Below are positions 19,309 through 29,039 of a stretch of 55,366 bases of DNA, piece by piece. The position numbers were made by a program, and so were the translations under genes. The notes below the pieces were generated by a model. It did no database searches. It worked only from the letters and a program-made list of their open reading frames with translations, and was not told where the DNA came from. How positions within the stretch are numbered: the first letter of the stretch is position 1; each line of letters begins with the position of its first letter. Source of the stretch: Alphaproteobacteria bacterium CG_4_10_14_0_8_um_filter_37_21 (GTDB lineage: Bacteria; Pseudomonadota; Alphaproteobacteria; Paracaedibacterales; UBA11393); assembly GCA_002791835.1 (NCBI GenBank), contig PFNE01000045.1, positions 1 to 55,366 of the forward strand, read 5' to 3'.

Positions 19309-20645
19309 AAAGGTTCACCAAGCACTTTAGACAGTTTATCGAAAGAAGATGCCAACGTATCGCCATCATCAAAACTTTGTGATGTAAATTTATCCAAATC
19401 CTCTATCTTGCTAACAGCCTCGTCCACAACGGTGCTTGATCCCTTTTTATAAGCACCAATGCGAATCATGTCAGCCATATCATTATACGTTGCAAGTATG
19501 CCGCGCGCTTTTGAAACAACTTTGCGTTCCGCACCGTCATGACAACCAGGCACTGTACGTGAAATACTATTTAATATATTAATCGCAGGATAATGATTAC
19601 GTGCTGCAATAGAACGGTCTAAAACAATATGGCCATCTAAAATACCCCGCACAGCATCTGCAACAGGTTCGTTATGATCATCCCCATCCACAAGAACTGT
19701 AAAAACTGCCGTGATATACCCTGTTTGAAGACCTTCATGCTGTGGGCCAGGGCCAGCACGCTCTAATAATTTTGGAAGTTCAGCAAAAACACTTGGTGTA
19801 TAGCCTTTGCTTGCGGGCGGCTCACCGCAAGAAAGCCCTATTTCACGCTGTGCCATCGCAAAACGTGTAACACTATCCATAACACAAAGTACTGATTTTC
19901 CTTGATTTCGAAAATATTCAGCAACGGTCATAGCAGTATAAGCCGCTTGTTTGCGCATTAAGGCTGTTTCATCAGAAGTTGATACCACTAGAACACATTT
20001 TTTTAAATTATCACGACCCACTGCTTTTTCTATAAAATCATGCAATTCACGACCACGCTCACCAATTAGCCCTATGACGACGACATCACATTGCGCGTAT
20101 TTTATCATCATAGAAAGCAGCATGGTTTTACCAACACCTGATCCTGCAAAAATGCCCATACGTTGCCCCTTACACATGGTCAAAAACGTATTAATAGCAC
20201 GAACACCTGTATCTATTCTCTCCTCTACAGGTGCACGCTTATGTGCAGGTGGGGGCGATGCTTTTAAGGGCATCGGCAAATCACCTTTTTTCAGCGGCCC
20301 TTTTTCATCAAACGCTTCACCAAGACCGTTTATAATACGACCACACCAAGAATTATCAGGGTAAATATAAGCCCCTTCTTCATCACTCATCACAACCCGG
20401 CACCCAGGCCTTATTTGTGCAAGATCACCAAATACCATTAATTGTGCTGAATTACCACAAAAACCGACAACCTCAGCATCGATATAATGTTCATCTAAAC
20501 CTTCAATAGAACAGCGTGCACCCACACACATGGTTCTTGTACTCATAGCAACCGTTACACTTAACCCTGACAAAGACGTAACTTCTCCATAAATCTGATA
20601 GGAGTGCATATGTTCTATTTCTTGCAAGGCATCATCTAGGTTCAT
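19305..20645 (-). CDS. fliI: Flagellar export ATPase FliI (start likely ATG at 20645)
   Basis: GQRMGIFAGSGVGKT, IGERGRE, MDSVTRFAMAQREIGL..GEPP..KGY, DGHIVLDR. Confidence 0.93.
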   Translation of the reverse strand: MNLDDALQEIEHMHSYQIYGEVTSLSGLSVTVAMSTRTMCVGARCSIEGLDEHYIDAEVVGFCGNSAQLMVFGDLAQIRPGCRVVMSDEEGAYIYPDNSWCGRIINGLGEAFDEKGPLKKGDLPMPLKASPPPAHKRAPVEERIDTGVRAINTFLTMCKGQRMGIFAGSGVGKTMLLSMMIKYAQCDVVVIGLIGERGRELHDFIEKAVGRDNLKKCVLVVSTSDETALMRKQAAYTAMTVAEYFRNQGKSVLCVMDSVTRFAMAQREIGLSCGEPPASKGYTPSVFAELPKLLERAGPGPQHEGLQTGYITAVFTVLVDGDDHNEPVADAVRGILDGHIVLDRSIAARNHYPAINILNSISRTVPGCHDGAERKVVSKARGILATYNDMADMIRIGAYKKGSSTVVDEAVSKIEDLDKFTSQSFDDGDTLASSFDKLSKVLGEPL

Positions 20646-21592
20646 TTTTTTAGTAAACTTTCTTTTATCCAATCGATACACCCAGGCACCTCCGGGAAGA
20701 TTTTTCCAAACAGCATAAACGGATGCACAACACCAGGTACAACATTTTGTACAGCATCAACGCCTTCATTTTTAAGCTTTGCGCAAAATTCTGCTTGTTC
20801 ATCTGCCAGTGGATCAAGCTGTGCTGTTAGCATATAGGTAGTGGGGAACTTATTTAAATGTGGATATAACATGGGGGACGCTAAATAGTTCTTTTTATGC
20901 TTGGCGTCAACTACATAGTAATCTACATACATGCGTGTCATGTCTTTTGTAAGACCATATCCTGTGCCATAGGTTTCATAAGATTTTTGCGAAAGTGAAA
21001 AGTCAAAGGATGGATAAATACCCACATATGCATCAGGAATTGGGTGCTGATTATCGACAAGATAACAAATAGATGCTGCTGCGATATTACCCCCACCACT
21101 ATCACCCATTAGAAAAACAGATAAAAAATCATTCTCTTTTTGAAAAGTATTTTTAACCCAAAGATAAACATCCACAGCGTCATACATACCTGCAGGGAAT
21201 GGGTTTTCAGGGGCCAATCCGTATTCAACAGATAATACGGCCATCCCTGTACGATTTGCCATATCACGCACATGCGTATCATACGTGTCAATACTACCGC
21301 GACACCAACCGCCCCCATGTAGATATATTATAATTTTTTTTGCATCTGACGCTGGTAAATAAAAACGTGTCTTAATAGGATTTTTGTGCTTACTAGACTC
21401 TACATAAAAGTCTTCTACATAAAAAACATCTTGATGCGCCCGCCCAAACATCCCAACAGACTTTGCAAAATCTTGCCGCAAATCCTCAATGGGTGTGTTT
21501 AATACATTCCTATCTGGTGCAAATTTTAATGCATTTAAAAAATTTTGTGTATAGTCTGGAATTTTCACGATACGTTTAATATCTAAGGGCAC
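20642..21592 (-). CDS. Alpha/beta hydrolase, HSL-family esterase/lipase (Aes-like)
   Basis: HGGGW oxyanion motif, GDSGG nucleophile, catalytic D (LDPL) and H (VVHPF). Confidence 0.93.
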   Translation of the reverse strand: MPLDIKRIVKIPDYTQNFLNALKFAPDRNVLNTPIEDLRQDFAKSVGMFGRAHQDVFYVEDFYVESSKHKNPIKTRFYLPASDAKKIIIYLHGGGWCRGSIDTYDTHVRDMANRTGMAVLSVEYGLAPENPFPAGMYDAVDVYLWVKNTFQKENDFLSVFLMGDSGGGNIAAASICYLVDNQHPIPDAYVGIYPSFDFSLSQKSYETYGTGYGLTKDMTRMYVDYYVVDAKHKKNYLASPMLYPHLNKFPTTYMLTAQLDPLADEQAEFCAKLKNEGVDAVQNVVPGVVHPFMLFGKIFPEVPGCIDWIKESLLKK

Positions 21593-21617
21593 TTACTTTT
21601 AGTATCACAAAAAAACA

Positions 21618-21634
21618 GTTAACAGAACACTAAC
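21618..21634 (-). promoter_or_regulatory. CtrA-like box upstream of the esterase-fliI unit
   Basis: Minus strand reads GTTAG-TGTTCTG-TTAAC (one mismatch), 26 bp before the esterase start. Confidence 0.5.
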
Positions 21635-21660
21635 AGACCTTCATGATATGATTATATTGA

Positions 21661-22701
21661 CTAAACAAAATCTTTAAACAAATCATGATTCATGGTATCA
21701 CGGGGTTTACCTACACTGTCGCCGTGATTTTGTATCCAGTCCTCAGCAGCCTGACGCCCAGCCACTTTCAAGGCTGAAATAAAATCCCATTTTGGATTTA
21801 AAGCACTAGACAATTTTAAATCTTTAAACGTCTCCTCAGATTTAATAACATGCATATTAAAACGCGTTAAGGCACCCTCTTTAACCAATCCTTTATCTAT
21901 CAAATTCGAAATAAAATAGATGGCGCGCATTTCACGGACTAAACACCCGTTATACGTAATTTCTTTTAAACGATCCACAATATCTGCTTTTGTTGTGGGA
22001 ATTTCATCACAATATGTTTTTGTTAATTGCACAACAATAACATCTGTTGCATCTAAGTCCATTAACGGATAAATAGCTGGGTTTGCAATAAAACCCCCAT
22101 CCCAGTAAGCTTCACCATCAACCTCTACCGTGTGAAACAAATGCGGCAAACATGCAGAGGCCATTAACACATCGGCTGACATATCTTTATTAGAAAAAAT
22201 CTTTACTTTGCCACTTTTTACATGTGTTGCCGCTAAAAATATACGCCGGGCCGTATCCTGTTGAAATACTTTGTAATCAAAAAAGTCCTTTAAAAAGTCA
22301 AAGAAAGGGTTTTCGTTATCTGGATTCAACTGTTCTGGGGACGCGAACATCAGCATAAAATTCATCATTTTACCCATAATGTCATTATTAATGCCATAAA
22401 GCTTTTGGGCAGAGTTTAAAAAGTCTGGATCAATTTCATGAACTGCAGGTAGTCCCTTCATGTTAGCAGACATATCTGAAATGGCACGCCAATATGCATC
22501 CATTTTATCACGGCCACCTTGGTTGCCACCTTCCAATAGCCCTTGCACTACACTGGCAGCATTCATGCCCCCCGCACTGGTGCCGGACACCCCCATAATT
22601 TCAAAACGGCCATCTTCAAGCAATTTATCCATCACACCCCACGCAAAGGCACCATGTGCCCCTCCACCCTGCAATGCAATTGATATCTTCTTTTTTTTCA
22701 T
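21661..22701 (-). CDS. Patatin-like phospholipase/esterase
   Basis: LQGGGAHG, GTSAG nucleophile, SACLP, DGG catalytic motif. Confidence 0.94.
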   Translation of the reverse strand: MKKKKISIALQGGGAHGAFAWGVMDKLLEDGRFEIMGVSGTSAGGMNAASVVQGLLEGGNQGGRDKMDAYWRAISDMSANMKGLPAVHEIDPDFLNSAQKLYGINNDIMGKMMNFMLMFASPEQLNPDNENPFFDFLKDFFDYKVFQQDTARRIFLAATHVKSGKVKIFSNKDMSADVLMASACLPHLFHTVEVDGEAYWDGGFIANPAIYPLMDLDATDVIVVQLTKTYCDEIPTTKADIVDRLKEITYNGCLVREMRAIYFISNLIDKGLVKEGALTRFNMHVIKSEETFKDLKLSSALNPKWDFISALKVAGRQAAEDWIQNHGDSVGKPRDTMNHDLFKDFV

Positions 22702-22749
22702 AATTTATACAAAACGATAGCGCTCTATATACATTCTGGCATAACTTTA

Positions 22750-22764
22750 TTAAGTTTTTATTAA
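22750..22764. promoter_or_regulatory. CtrA-like box between the patatin gene and sfsA
   Basis: TTAA-GTTTTTA-TTAA, about 50 bp upstream of the patatin start. Confidence 0.4.
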
Positions 22765-22889
22765 TAACTGATGCGTCTTGTGAATCTTTTATGGGCTAGG
22801 TAGCAAAAAAACATTAAGAATAAAAAAATAGATTGAAAAAAGTTTCTTATGTGTGGCTATATACAATTAGTATATTAAAAATATATTTC

Positions 22890-23609
22890 ATGAAATTTGA
22901 TCCAAATATTATTGTACAAGGTACTTTCATAAAACGTTATAAGCGCTTCTTTGTTGATATTAAATTAGCAGATGGTCATGTGCTGACGGCGCACTGCCCC
23001 AATACAGGGTCAATGAAGGGGCTTTTAATAGAAGGCGCTGAATGCGTTTTAACAAAATCTGATAATCCCAAACGCAAACTGCAGTACACATGGCAATTTA
23101 TAAACTTAGGCAGCACAGACCAACCGCTTTGGATTAGCATTAATACACATTTAGACAATGCGTTAGTTGAAGAAGCACTTGATAGTAAAATCATACAAAA
23201 TATTAATCAGTACCCTTCTATCAACAGGGAAGTGAAAATTAGCGATTACTCGCGCTGTGATTTTTATTTAACAGGAAGTGATCATGAACCACCCTGTTTT
23301 TTAGAGGTTAAGCATGTTCATATGAAGATAGATGGTATTGCCGCTTTCCCAGATAGCGTGACAACACGCGGACAAAAGCACCTAACAGAACTGATGAACG
23401 TCAAAAAAGATGGCCTTCGTGCGGTTATCATCTATGTTGTCAACAGAAATGATACCACAGCATTTAGACCAGCACATGAATATGACCCAGATTATGCCGC
23501 ACTTTTTAAAGAAAGCACTTCTTGCGGTGTGGAGCATTACGCCTATCAATGTGATATAACTGGAAACAGCATTCACATAACAGATAGTCTACCAGTATTG
23601 CACACATAA
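22890..23609 (+). CDS. sfsA: DNA/RNA nuclease SfsA (start likely ATG at 22890)
   Basis: KRYKRF, AHCPNTGSM, LEVK, FPDSVTTRGQKHL, DPDYA. Confidence 0.95.
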   Translation: MKFDPNIIVQGTFIKRYKRFFVDIKLADGHVLTAHCPNTGSMKGLLIEGAECVLTKSDNPKRKLQYTWQFINLGSTDQPLWISINTHLDNALVEEALDSKIIQNINQYPSINREVKISDYSRCDFYLTGSDHEPPCFLEVKHVHMKIDGIAAFPDSVTTRGQKHLTELMNVKKDGLRAVIIYVVNRNDTTAFRPAHEYDPDYAALFKESTSCGVEHYAYQCDITGNSIHITDSLPVLHT

Positions 23610-23713
23610 AACTGCCAAAATAATTCTATATTAGCGTATGATACTGTTTTACTTGGTCTGCCCAACCAAATAGTTTAAAATACACATAATACCATATTCT
23701 AAAATAGCATTTT

Positions 23714-24901
23714 ATGACTGATTTTTCGTTTAACTACAAAACATTTCCGCACACAAAAGCACGTATTGGAAAACTAGAAACACCCCACGGCACAATAGAA
23801 ACACCAGCATTTATTTTTTGCGCCACGAAAGCAGCTATTAAGGGTGTGTCACCAAAACAAATGCGCGATGCTGGTACACAAATCATCTTATCTAACACCT
23901 ACCACCTCATGCTGCAACCAGGTGGCGAAACAGTCCATAAATTAGGCGGCCTGCAAAAGATGACTGGCTGGAATGGCCCCATGTTAACAGATTCTGGTGG
24001 CTTTCAAATTTTTAGCCTTGGCCATGGATCCGTTAGTTCTGAAATAAAAGGAAAACGTGATTCTAAACATCCCAAAACCATGCTAAAAGTAACTGAGGAA
24101 GGCGCTAAATTTAAGTCTTATACTGATGGCAGCATACACCTTTTAACACCTGAAATAGCAATTCAAACACAAGTAAATTTAGGCGCTGATCTTATTGTTG
24201 TGTTGGACGAATGTACACCCTTTCATGTTGATAAATCTTACACGCGTGCATCCATGAACTTATCGCATAGATGGGCTGTTAGATCTGCCACAGAATTTAA
24301 CCGTATTACACGCGGCGATCAGCGGTTATATGGCATTGTTCAAGGTGGGGTGTATCAAGATCTTAGAACACAGGCATGTGATTTTTTAAATAGCCAGCCA
24401 TTTTTTGGGCACGCCGTAGGCGGCTCTCTCGGTGCTTCACAAGAACAAATGTACGACATTGTATCCTATACAATGGAAAAGTTATGCGATGAACGCCCTG
24501 TGCATTTGCTGGGTATTGGGGGCATTCGTGATATTTATGAAGGTGTGCAACAAGGTATAGATACATTCGACTGTGTGCACCCTACCCGTTTAGCGCGCCA
24601 TGGTGGTGCCTTAGTGCGTCCTTGTCATAATCATGGCAAAGCAAAAGAACATATTAACTTAAAAAATGCCGCCTATACCTTAGATACTTCACCAATAGAG
24701 CCTGACTGTGATTGTGAAACATGTAAGAACTACTCTAAGGGGTATATTCAGCATCTTTTAAAAGCAAAAGAACTATTGGCTTTAACCCTTATTTCTATCC
24801 ACAATATTGCATTTATGAACCGATATTTAAAAGCAATTAGGAAGGCCATTGAAAGCAATACACTTGAACAGCTAAAAAAAGATTGGGTGCAAACCCCCTA
24901 A
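23714..24901 (+). CDS. tgt: tRNA-guanine(34) transglycosylase
   Basis: LSNTYHL, TDSGGFQ, LDECT, GIVQGG, DTFDCVHPTR; Zn ligands CDCETC...H. Confidence 0.97.
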   Translation: MTDFSFNYKTFPHTKARIGKLETPHGTIETPAFIFCATKAAIKGVSPKQMRDAGTQIILSNTYHLMLQPGGETVHKLGGLQKMTGWNGPMLTDSGGFQIFSLGHGSVSSEIKGKRDSKHPKTMLKVTEEGAKFKSYTDGSIHLLTPEIAIQTQVNLGADLIVVLDECTPFHVDKSYTRASMNLSHRWAVRSATEFNRITRGDQRLYGIVQGGVYQDLRTQACDFLNSQPFFGHAVGGSLGASQEQMYDIVSYTMEKLCDERPVHLLGIGGIRDIYEGVQQGIDTFDCVHPTRLARHGGALVRPCHNHGKAKEHINLKNAAYTLDTSPIEPDCDCETCKNYSKGYIQHLLKAKELLALTLISIHNIAFMNRYLKAIRKAIESNTLEQLKKDWVQTP

Positions 24902-24917
24902 ATAAGAACTGTCAATA

Positions 24918-24933
24918 TTAACGATTTATTAAC
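24918..24933 (+). promoter_or_regulatory. Perfect CtrA consensus box
   Basis: TTAA-CGATTTA-TTAAC, about 50 bp upstream of the ORF at 24986. Confidence 0.6.
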
Positions 24934-24985
24934 ACACATCTGCTTACCATATAGAAAAGAACAATTATTTATATGGGGGCATGTT

Positions 24986-25714
24986 ATGTCTGTTCAGAAA
25001 AAAATACTACCACTTTTAAGCATTTTAATTTTAACACAAAATGAAGGACGAGCAAGTTGGTGGGAGGAAGGCCTTGAAGCTGCAAAGGGGGCAATAGAAA
25101 AGAACAAAGACAAGGTGGGAGCTCTTGTAGGGCCAGGATCGCAGGCACTGCAGGCAGGTGCCACAGGTGCGTTTAAAGGCGGCAGTTTCCAGGACTTTAC
25201 AACAAATGCCCAAGCTGGTTTTGAAACAGGACAAAAGCAAGATGAAGCGTTAAAAAAGGCAACAGAATTTTATGCGTTACAAGACTCAACTTTTGCGCAA
25301 AAAAATGCCATTCAAACTTTATACCAGCAACAAGAATATACAGCCGTCATCACAATTGTAGATCAAACTACTGATATTTTTACAATGCTCGCAAACACGT
25401 CCGATGCTGTTAAGAAAAAAAATGAACAAAAATTACAGCAAATGAGCCAAGCTTTTAATTACGTTAACGCCTCTAATATAGTATCTGTAACAAATTCTGT
25501 ATACACATTTGTAAAAGGGATAGCGCCGGCTGGTTCATCAACAAATTCTATGAGCGATGCCGATTTTAACAAAAAGGTTATTCAAGTCGTTGAGGCAAAA
25601 TATGGTGACATCCTAAAACAATTACAAAGTATGCTGCAAAATCAAGGATCACAAAACAATAATAACTTTACTCCACAATCACAAGCTTCAAACAACATGT
25701 TTATGGGCGGTTAA
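24986..25714 (+). CDS. Hypothetical secreted protein
   Basis: GGGGG RBS; signal-peptide-like start; Gly/Ala-rich segment, helical core and N/Q-rich tail. Confidence 0.78.
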   Translation: MSVQKKILPLLSILILTQNEGRASWWEEGLEAAKGAIEKNKDKVGALVGPGSQALQAGATGAFKGGSFQDFTTNAQAGFETGQKQDEALKKATEFYALQDSTFAQKNAIQTLYQQQEYTAVITIVDQTTDIFTMLANTSDAVKKKNEQKLQQMSQAFNYVNASNIVSVTNSVYTFVKGIAPAGSSTNSMSDADFNKKVIQVVEAKYGDILKQLQSMLQNQGSQNNNNFTPQSQASNNMFMGG

Positions 25715-25726
25715 CTGTTAGTATTT

Positions 25727-26299
25727 CTAAAAAATAGATTGTTTTTCTGGATATTCTATACCCATTTCAAGCAGCGTCAGCTTTACGAACTCGCTAAAAT
25801 AGTAATATATGGCAGCATAAATTGGCATATCTGCAGAAATAGGGTGCGGAATAACCACTAAGTTTTCTGTTTTCAAGCGCATTTCTCTAAGTGCACGTGG
25901 CATATGAAAGGTGGTTGTCACAAGCCGTATAGATCGAATATTTTGATCACGCGCCCACTTGGAAACTTCTTCAGCATTTTCTTGTGTATTTTCTGCGCTA
26001 CCAAGCTGGACAGTGGACAAGTCAACAATACTAGAATGTGACACTTTTAAAAGTTTACGTTTTGTAACCCCTTTCGGAACGCCCGATACAAACAATAATT
26101 CCGCATGTCGTTTTTCAAACAAATCAAAAGCAGCTTGAACACGTTTGTTACCACCGGTAAACACAACAATGGCATCTGTTTTTTCCACAGACTTTGTGTC
26201 CTGTATTTTAGGAATCATGTTGTAAAATGATAAAAATTTTAAAGCTATCAGACCTAACAACAGAAAAGTAAAAATTTTAAATGCTGTTTTGCCTAGCAT
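25727..26299 (-). CDS. YdcF/ElyC-family (DUF218) protein (start likely ATG at 26299)
   Basis: DAIVVFTGG..R, VSG, NTQENA, LVTTTFHMPRA. Confidence 0.9.
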   Translation of the reverse strand: MLGKTAFKIFTFLLLGLIALKFLSFYNMIPKIQDTKSVEKTDAIVVFTGGNKRVQAAFDLFEKRHAELLFVSGVPKGVTKRKLLKVSHSSIVDLSTVQLGSAENTQENAEEVSKWARDQNIRSIRLVTTTFHMPRALREMRLKTENLVVIPHPISADMPIYAAIYYYFSEFVKLTLLEMGIEYPEKQSIF

Positions 26300-26309
26300 T
26301 TTACGTCCC

Positions 26310-27596
26310 TTACTCTCCGTATGATACAAATTTAGTGTCGTGGTCTCCGCTTAAATGATTTGTAATAAATGTACGCGCCCTTAATTTATTTAAAAACATA
26401 GCAGCAGTCATATTTTTCTTTTGAAATTCCAACTGTTGCGTAATTTCTTTACGGGTCAAGGGTTGATATGGTTTAATTGCCTTTTTTGTAACATAAATTA
26501 ATTGAAAACCACCTTCTTGACGAATGGGTTTTAGTATATCACCCACTTTTGCTTGTTGTAACATAGCTGAAAATTCTTTTGACCCTGTACTTTCAATATC
26601 TAAAGCGTCAACAGTTTTAATTGCAAATCCCATTTCAGAAGACGATTTCATAAATTGTGAAACACTTGAAGATAACCGTAAAGCATCAATTTTTGCTTGA
26701 ACGCTATATTGTTGTTCATCATTCATATCTTCATCAAAAGGAACCAACACCACTTTGAATGATACCGTGGCGGCACCATTTTCTAACGCTTGTTTTTTAC
26801 TATTTAAACGTATAATTTGAACACCTTTTGGAATTTCAATAATACGAACATCTGAAGCTTTCATATTATTTAAAGCTGCTAGCAGATCTGATGACAAGTT
26901 TGCAGATGATAACCGCCCCAAATGTCCACCTTTTCTGGCTGTTGTACTTTGTGAGAATTGTTGCGCTAATGCATTGAATGAAGCGCCTGATTTTAATTGT
27001 TGAAGCATATCTTCAGCTTGTTTTTTTGCCTCAAAGCGTTTAGATGCATCTGTTGGGTATAAGACAATTTCAGATACATCAAAAAGAATATCAGATGCTT
27101 TTTCTGCATTCAAAATTTTATCGACTTCTTTTTCAGAAATATTAATACCACCAAGGCCGTAATTAACAACCGCATCCCAAGCAAGTTGTGCATATAAACG
27201 GTCTTCTAGTGACTTTATTGAAATATTATTTGATTTAAACATTTGCATCAACTGTTGATGGTTCATGTTATTTTGTGATGCAATATTGTGAACCGCTTGA
27301 TGAACATCTTTTTTAGATATCGTAACTTTACCATCTATAGCGGCTTTAAGCTGTAACTTCTCCACAATCATTGATTCTAAGATCTGAGCGCGCATTTTTT
27401 GACGCATTTGGGGCGTATCACTTTGATTAGATGTAAATAACACTAAGCGAATTCGGTCTTCTAAGTCTCTCTCCGTTATGGCCTTTTTATCTACAACAGC
27501 AATAATTTTGGCTTCATAACCAAAAGTTTGAACAGTGGATAACAAAGAAAGACAAAAGACACTTCCATAAGCAAGTAATTTAGGCATAAAATTCAT
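26310..27596 (-). CDS. surA: Periplasmic chaperone/PPIase SurA
   Basis: Signal peptide, IIAVVDKKAITERD SurA N-domain, parvulin motif FNALAQQFSQ...GGHLG. Confidence 0.88.
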   Translation of the reverse strand: MNFMPKLLAYGSVFCLSLLSTVQTFGYEAKIIAVVDKKAITERDLEDRIRLVLFTSNQSDTPQMRQKMRAQILESMIVEKLQLKAAIDGKVTISKKDVHQAVHNIASQNNMNHQQLMQMFKSNNISIKSLEDRLYAQLAWDAVVNYGLGGINISEKEVDKILNAEKASDILFDVSEIVLYPTDASKRFEAKKQAEDMLQQLKSGASFNALAQQFSQSTTARKGGHLGRLSSANLSSDLLAALNNMKASDVRIIEIPKGVQIIRLNSKKQALENGAATVSFKVVLVPFDEDMNDEQQYSVQAKIDALRLSSSVSQFMKSSSEMGFAIKTVDALDIESTGSKEFSAMLQQAKVGDILKPIRQEGGFQLIYVTKKAIKPYQPLTRKEITQQLEFQKKNMTAAMFLNKLRARTFITNHLSGDHDTKFVSYGE

Positions 27597-27691
27597 TTAG
27601 TTCAAAAGCATTACAGTTTATACTGTATAATGTAACCAATGTAACACCATTGTGACAATGATTATTTTATAATTTACCTAGCAGGAACTAT

Positions 27692-28798
27692 ATGTTTTTC
27701 ACCTTTAATACAATTGATCGTTATATTTTTAAAATGTTGGGATCTTATATTTTTAGTATATCCATCCTTGTGATCGGCATGGTTTGGCTATCACAGTCTT
27801 TGCGTTTTTTAGAATTAATTATGAACAACAGTATTGGATTAAAGTCTTATATATTTCTTGTTATTTTTCTACTTCCCGACTTAATTTCTATTCTTCTTCC
27901 TATTTGTTTACTGATCGCAGGCATTCAAGTATACCAAAAACTTATTGCTGACAATGAAATGGTCGTTTTACGCAGCACAGGCTATAGTAATTTTCAAATA
28001 GCAAAACCTTTTCTAACAATTGGAGGTATATTAACAATTATAACATTACTAAGTAATATATTTTTGATACCTGAATCTTTTAAAAAATTCAGATCATTTG
28101 AGCATCAAATCAAAAATGAACTCTCATCATCTGTTATTCAGCCAGGTACATTCAATGCTATTAAGGGTACAACTGTGTATGTTCAAGAACGTTCTTTAAA
28201 GGGGCAGTTAAAAGGCATATTTATACATCAATCAGCAGAAAATAAAAAAGTACCATTCATTATTACGGCAGAAACCGGACAACTTATTAAAGAAAACAAC
28301 ACACTCAATCTTTTGCTGTTTCAAGGACACAGACAAGAATGGAACCCTGAAACAAAACAGCTTTCATTCTTTCACTTTGAAAATTGCGCTTATGACCTAA
28401 ACACTTTAATACCACAAGATCAACCGCGCCCCAAAAAACCTTATGAACGTTCTTTAAACGAACTTTTAAACCCTGAAGACTTCACACAAGACGAAACCAC
28501 AAAACAGCGCATGATTGTTGAAGGGCATCAAAGAATTATTCTACCTTGGTTATGCTTAATTAATACGCTTATTGTGATGAGCATTCTTCTGTTCGGCGAT
28601 TTAAAACGCCGACAAAGAAAAAGAAAAATAGTCGCAAGTATCTGTGTTGCAGCAGCAATACAAGTTTCCATCATTATCTTATTAAATATGTCAGTAAAAT
28701 CCCCTAGCCTTTTATGGTGTGTCTACTCATTTTTATTTTTGAATCTGATTGGATTTAGCGCCCTATTACAAACCCATTACTTCAAAAAAACACCATAG
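27692..28798 (+). CDS. lptF: LPS export ABC transporter permease LptF
   Basis: IDRYI start, WLSQSLRF, DNEMVVLRSTG, PGTF, E.HQR; 3+3 TM topology. Confidence 0.9.
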   Translation: MFFTFNTIDRYIFKMLGSYIFSISILVIGMVWLSQSLRFLELIMNNSIGLKSYIFLVIFLLPDLISILLPICLLIAGIQVYQKLIADNEMVVLRSTGYSNFQIAKPFLTIGGILTIITLLSNIFLIPESFKKFRSFEHQIKNELSSSVIQPGTFNAIKGTTVYVQERSLKGQLKGIFIHQSAENKKVPFIITAETGQLIKENNTLNLLLFQGHRQEWNPETKQLSFFHFENCAYDLNTLIPQDQPRPKKPYERSLNELLNPEDFTQDETTKQRMIVEGHQRIILPWLCLINTLIVMSILLFGDLKRRQRKRKIVASICVAAAIQVSIIILLNMSVKSPSLLWCVYSFLFLNLIGFSALLQTHYFKKTP

Positions 28799-28802
28799 CA
28801 GG

Positions 28803-28924
28803 ATGAAAAAAATATTCAGCCATTTTGAACAGGTATATCTGATCTAAACATTCACTTCGCATTACTATTCACGTTTATGTACATATTGCTGGTTTTTCTA
28901 GCATATTTTTCATCTTCTTCTTAA
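28803..28924 (+). pseudogene. Possible decayed 5' fragment of lptG
   Basis: ATG 4 bp after the lptF stop; ILNRYI* (28822-28842); hydrophobic HFALLFTFMYILLVFLAYF in another frame. Confidence 0.35.
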
Positions 28925-28998
28925 TTTCTTCTTAAGTTTATTAAAAAATCATATAAAAAGTATTTAAACCTATTGCAAAAATTTTAAATATTGTTTAA
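28921..28998. promoter_or_regulatory. Two CtrA-like boxes upstream of mucR
   Basis: TTAA-TTTCTTC-TTAA (28921-28935) and TTAA-ATATTGT-TTAA (28984-28998); the context is very AT-rich. Confidence 0.4.
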
Positions 28999-29039
28999 TA
29001 ATATATTCAAGTTAATTATTGTAAAGGTTTAATTAAATT

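Noticed and set aside
19305-20645. ATPase as injectisome SctN or F1 beta subunit
   Set aside because: The MAQREIGL..GEPP..KGY signature and the flagellar-type fliF/G/H/N in the same window favour FliI. A phylogeny would be the formal test.
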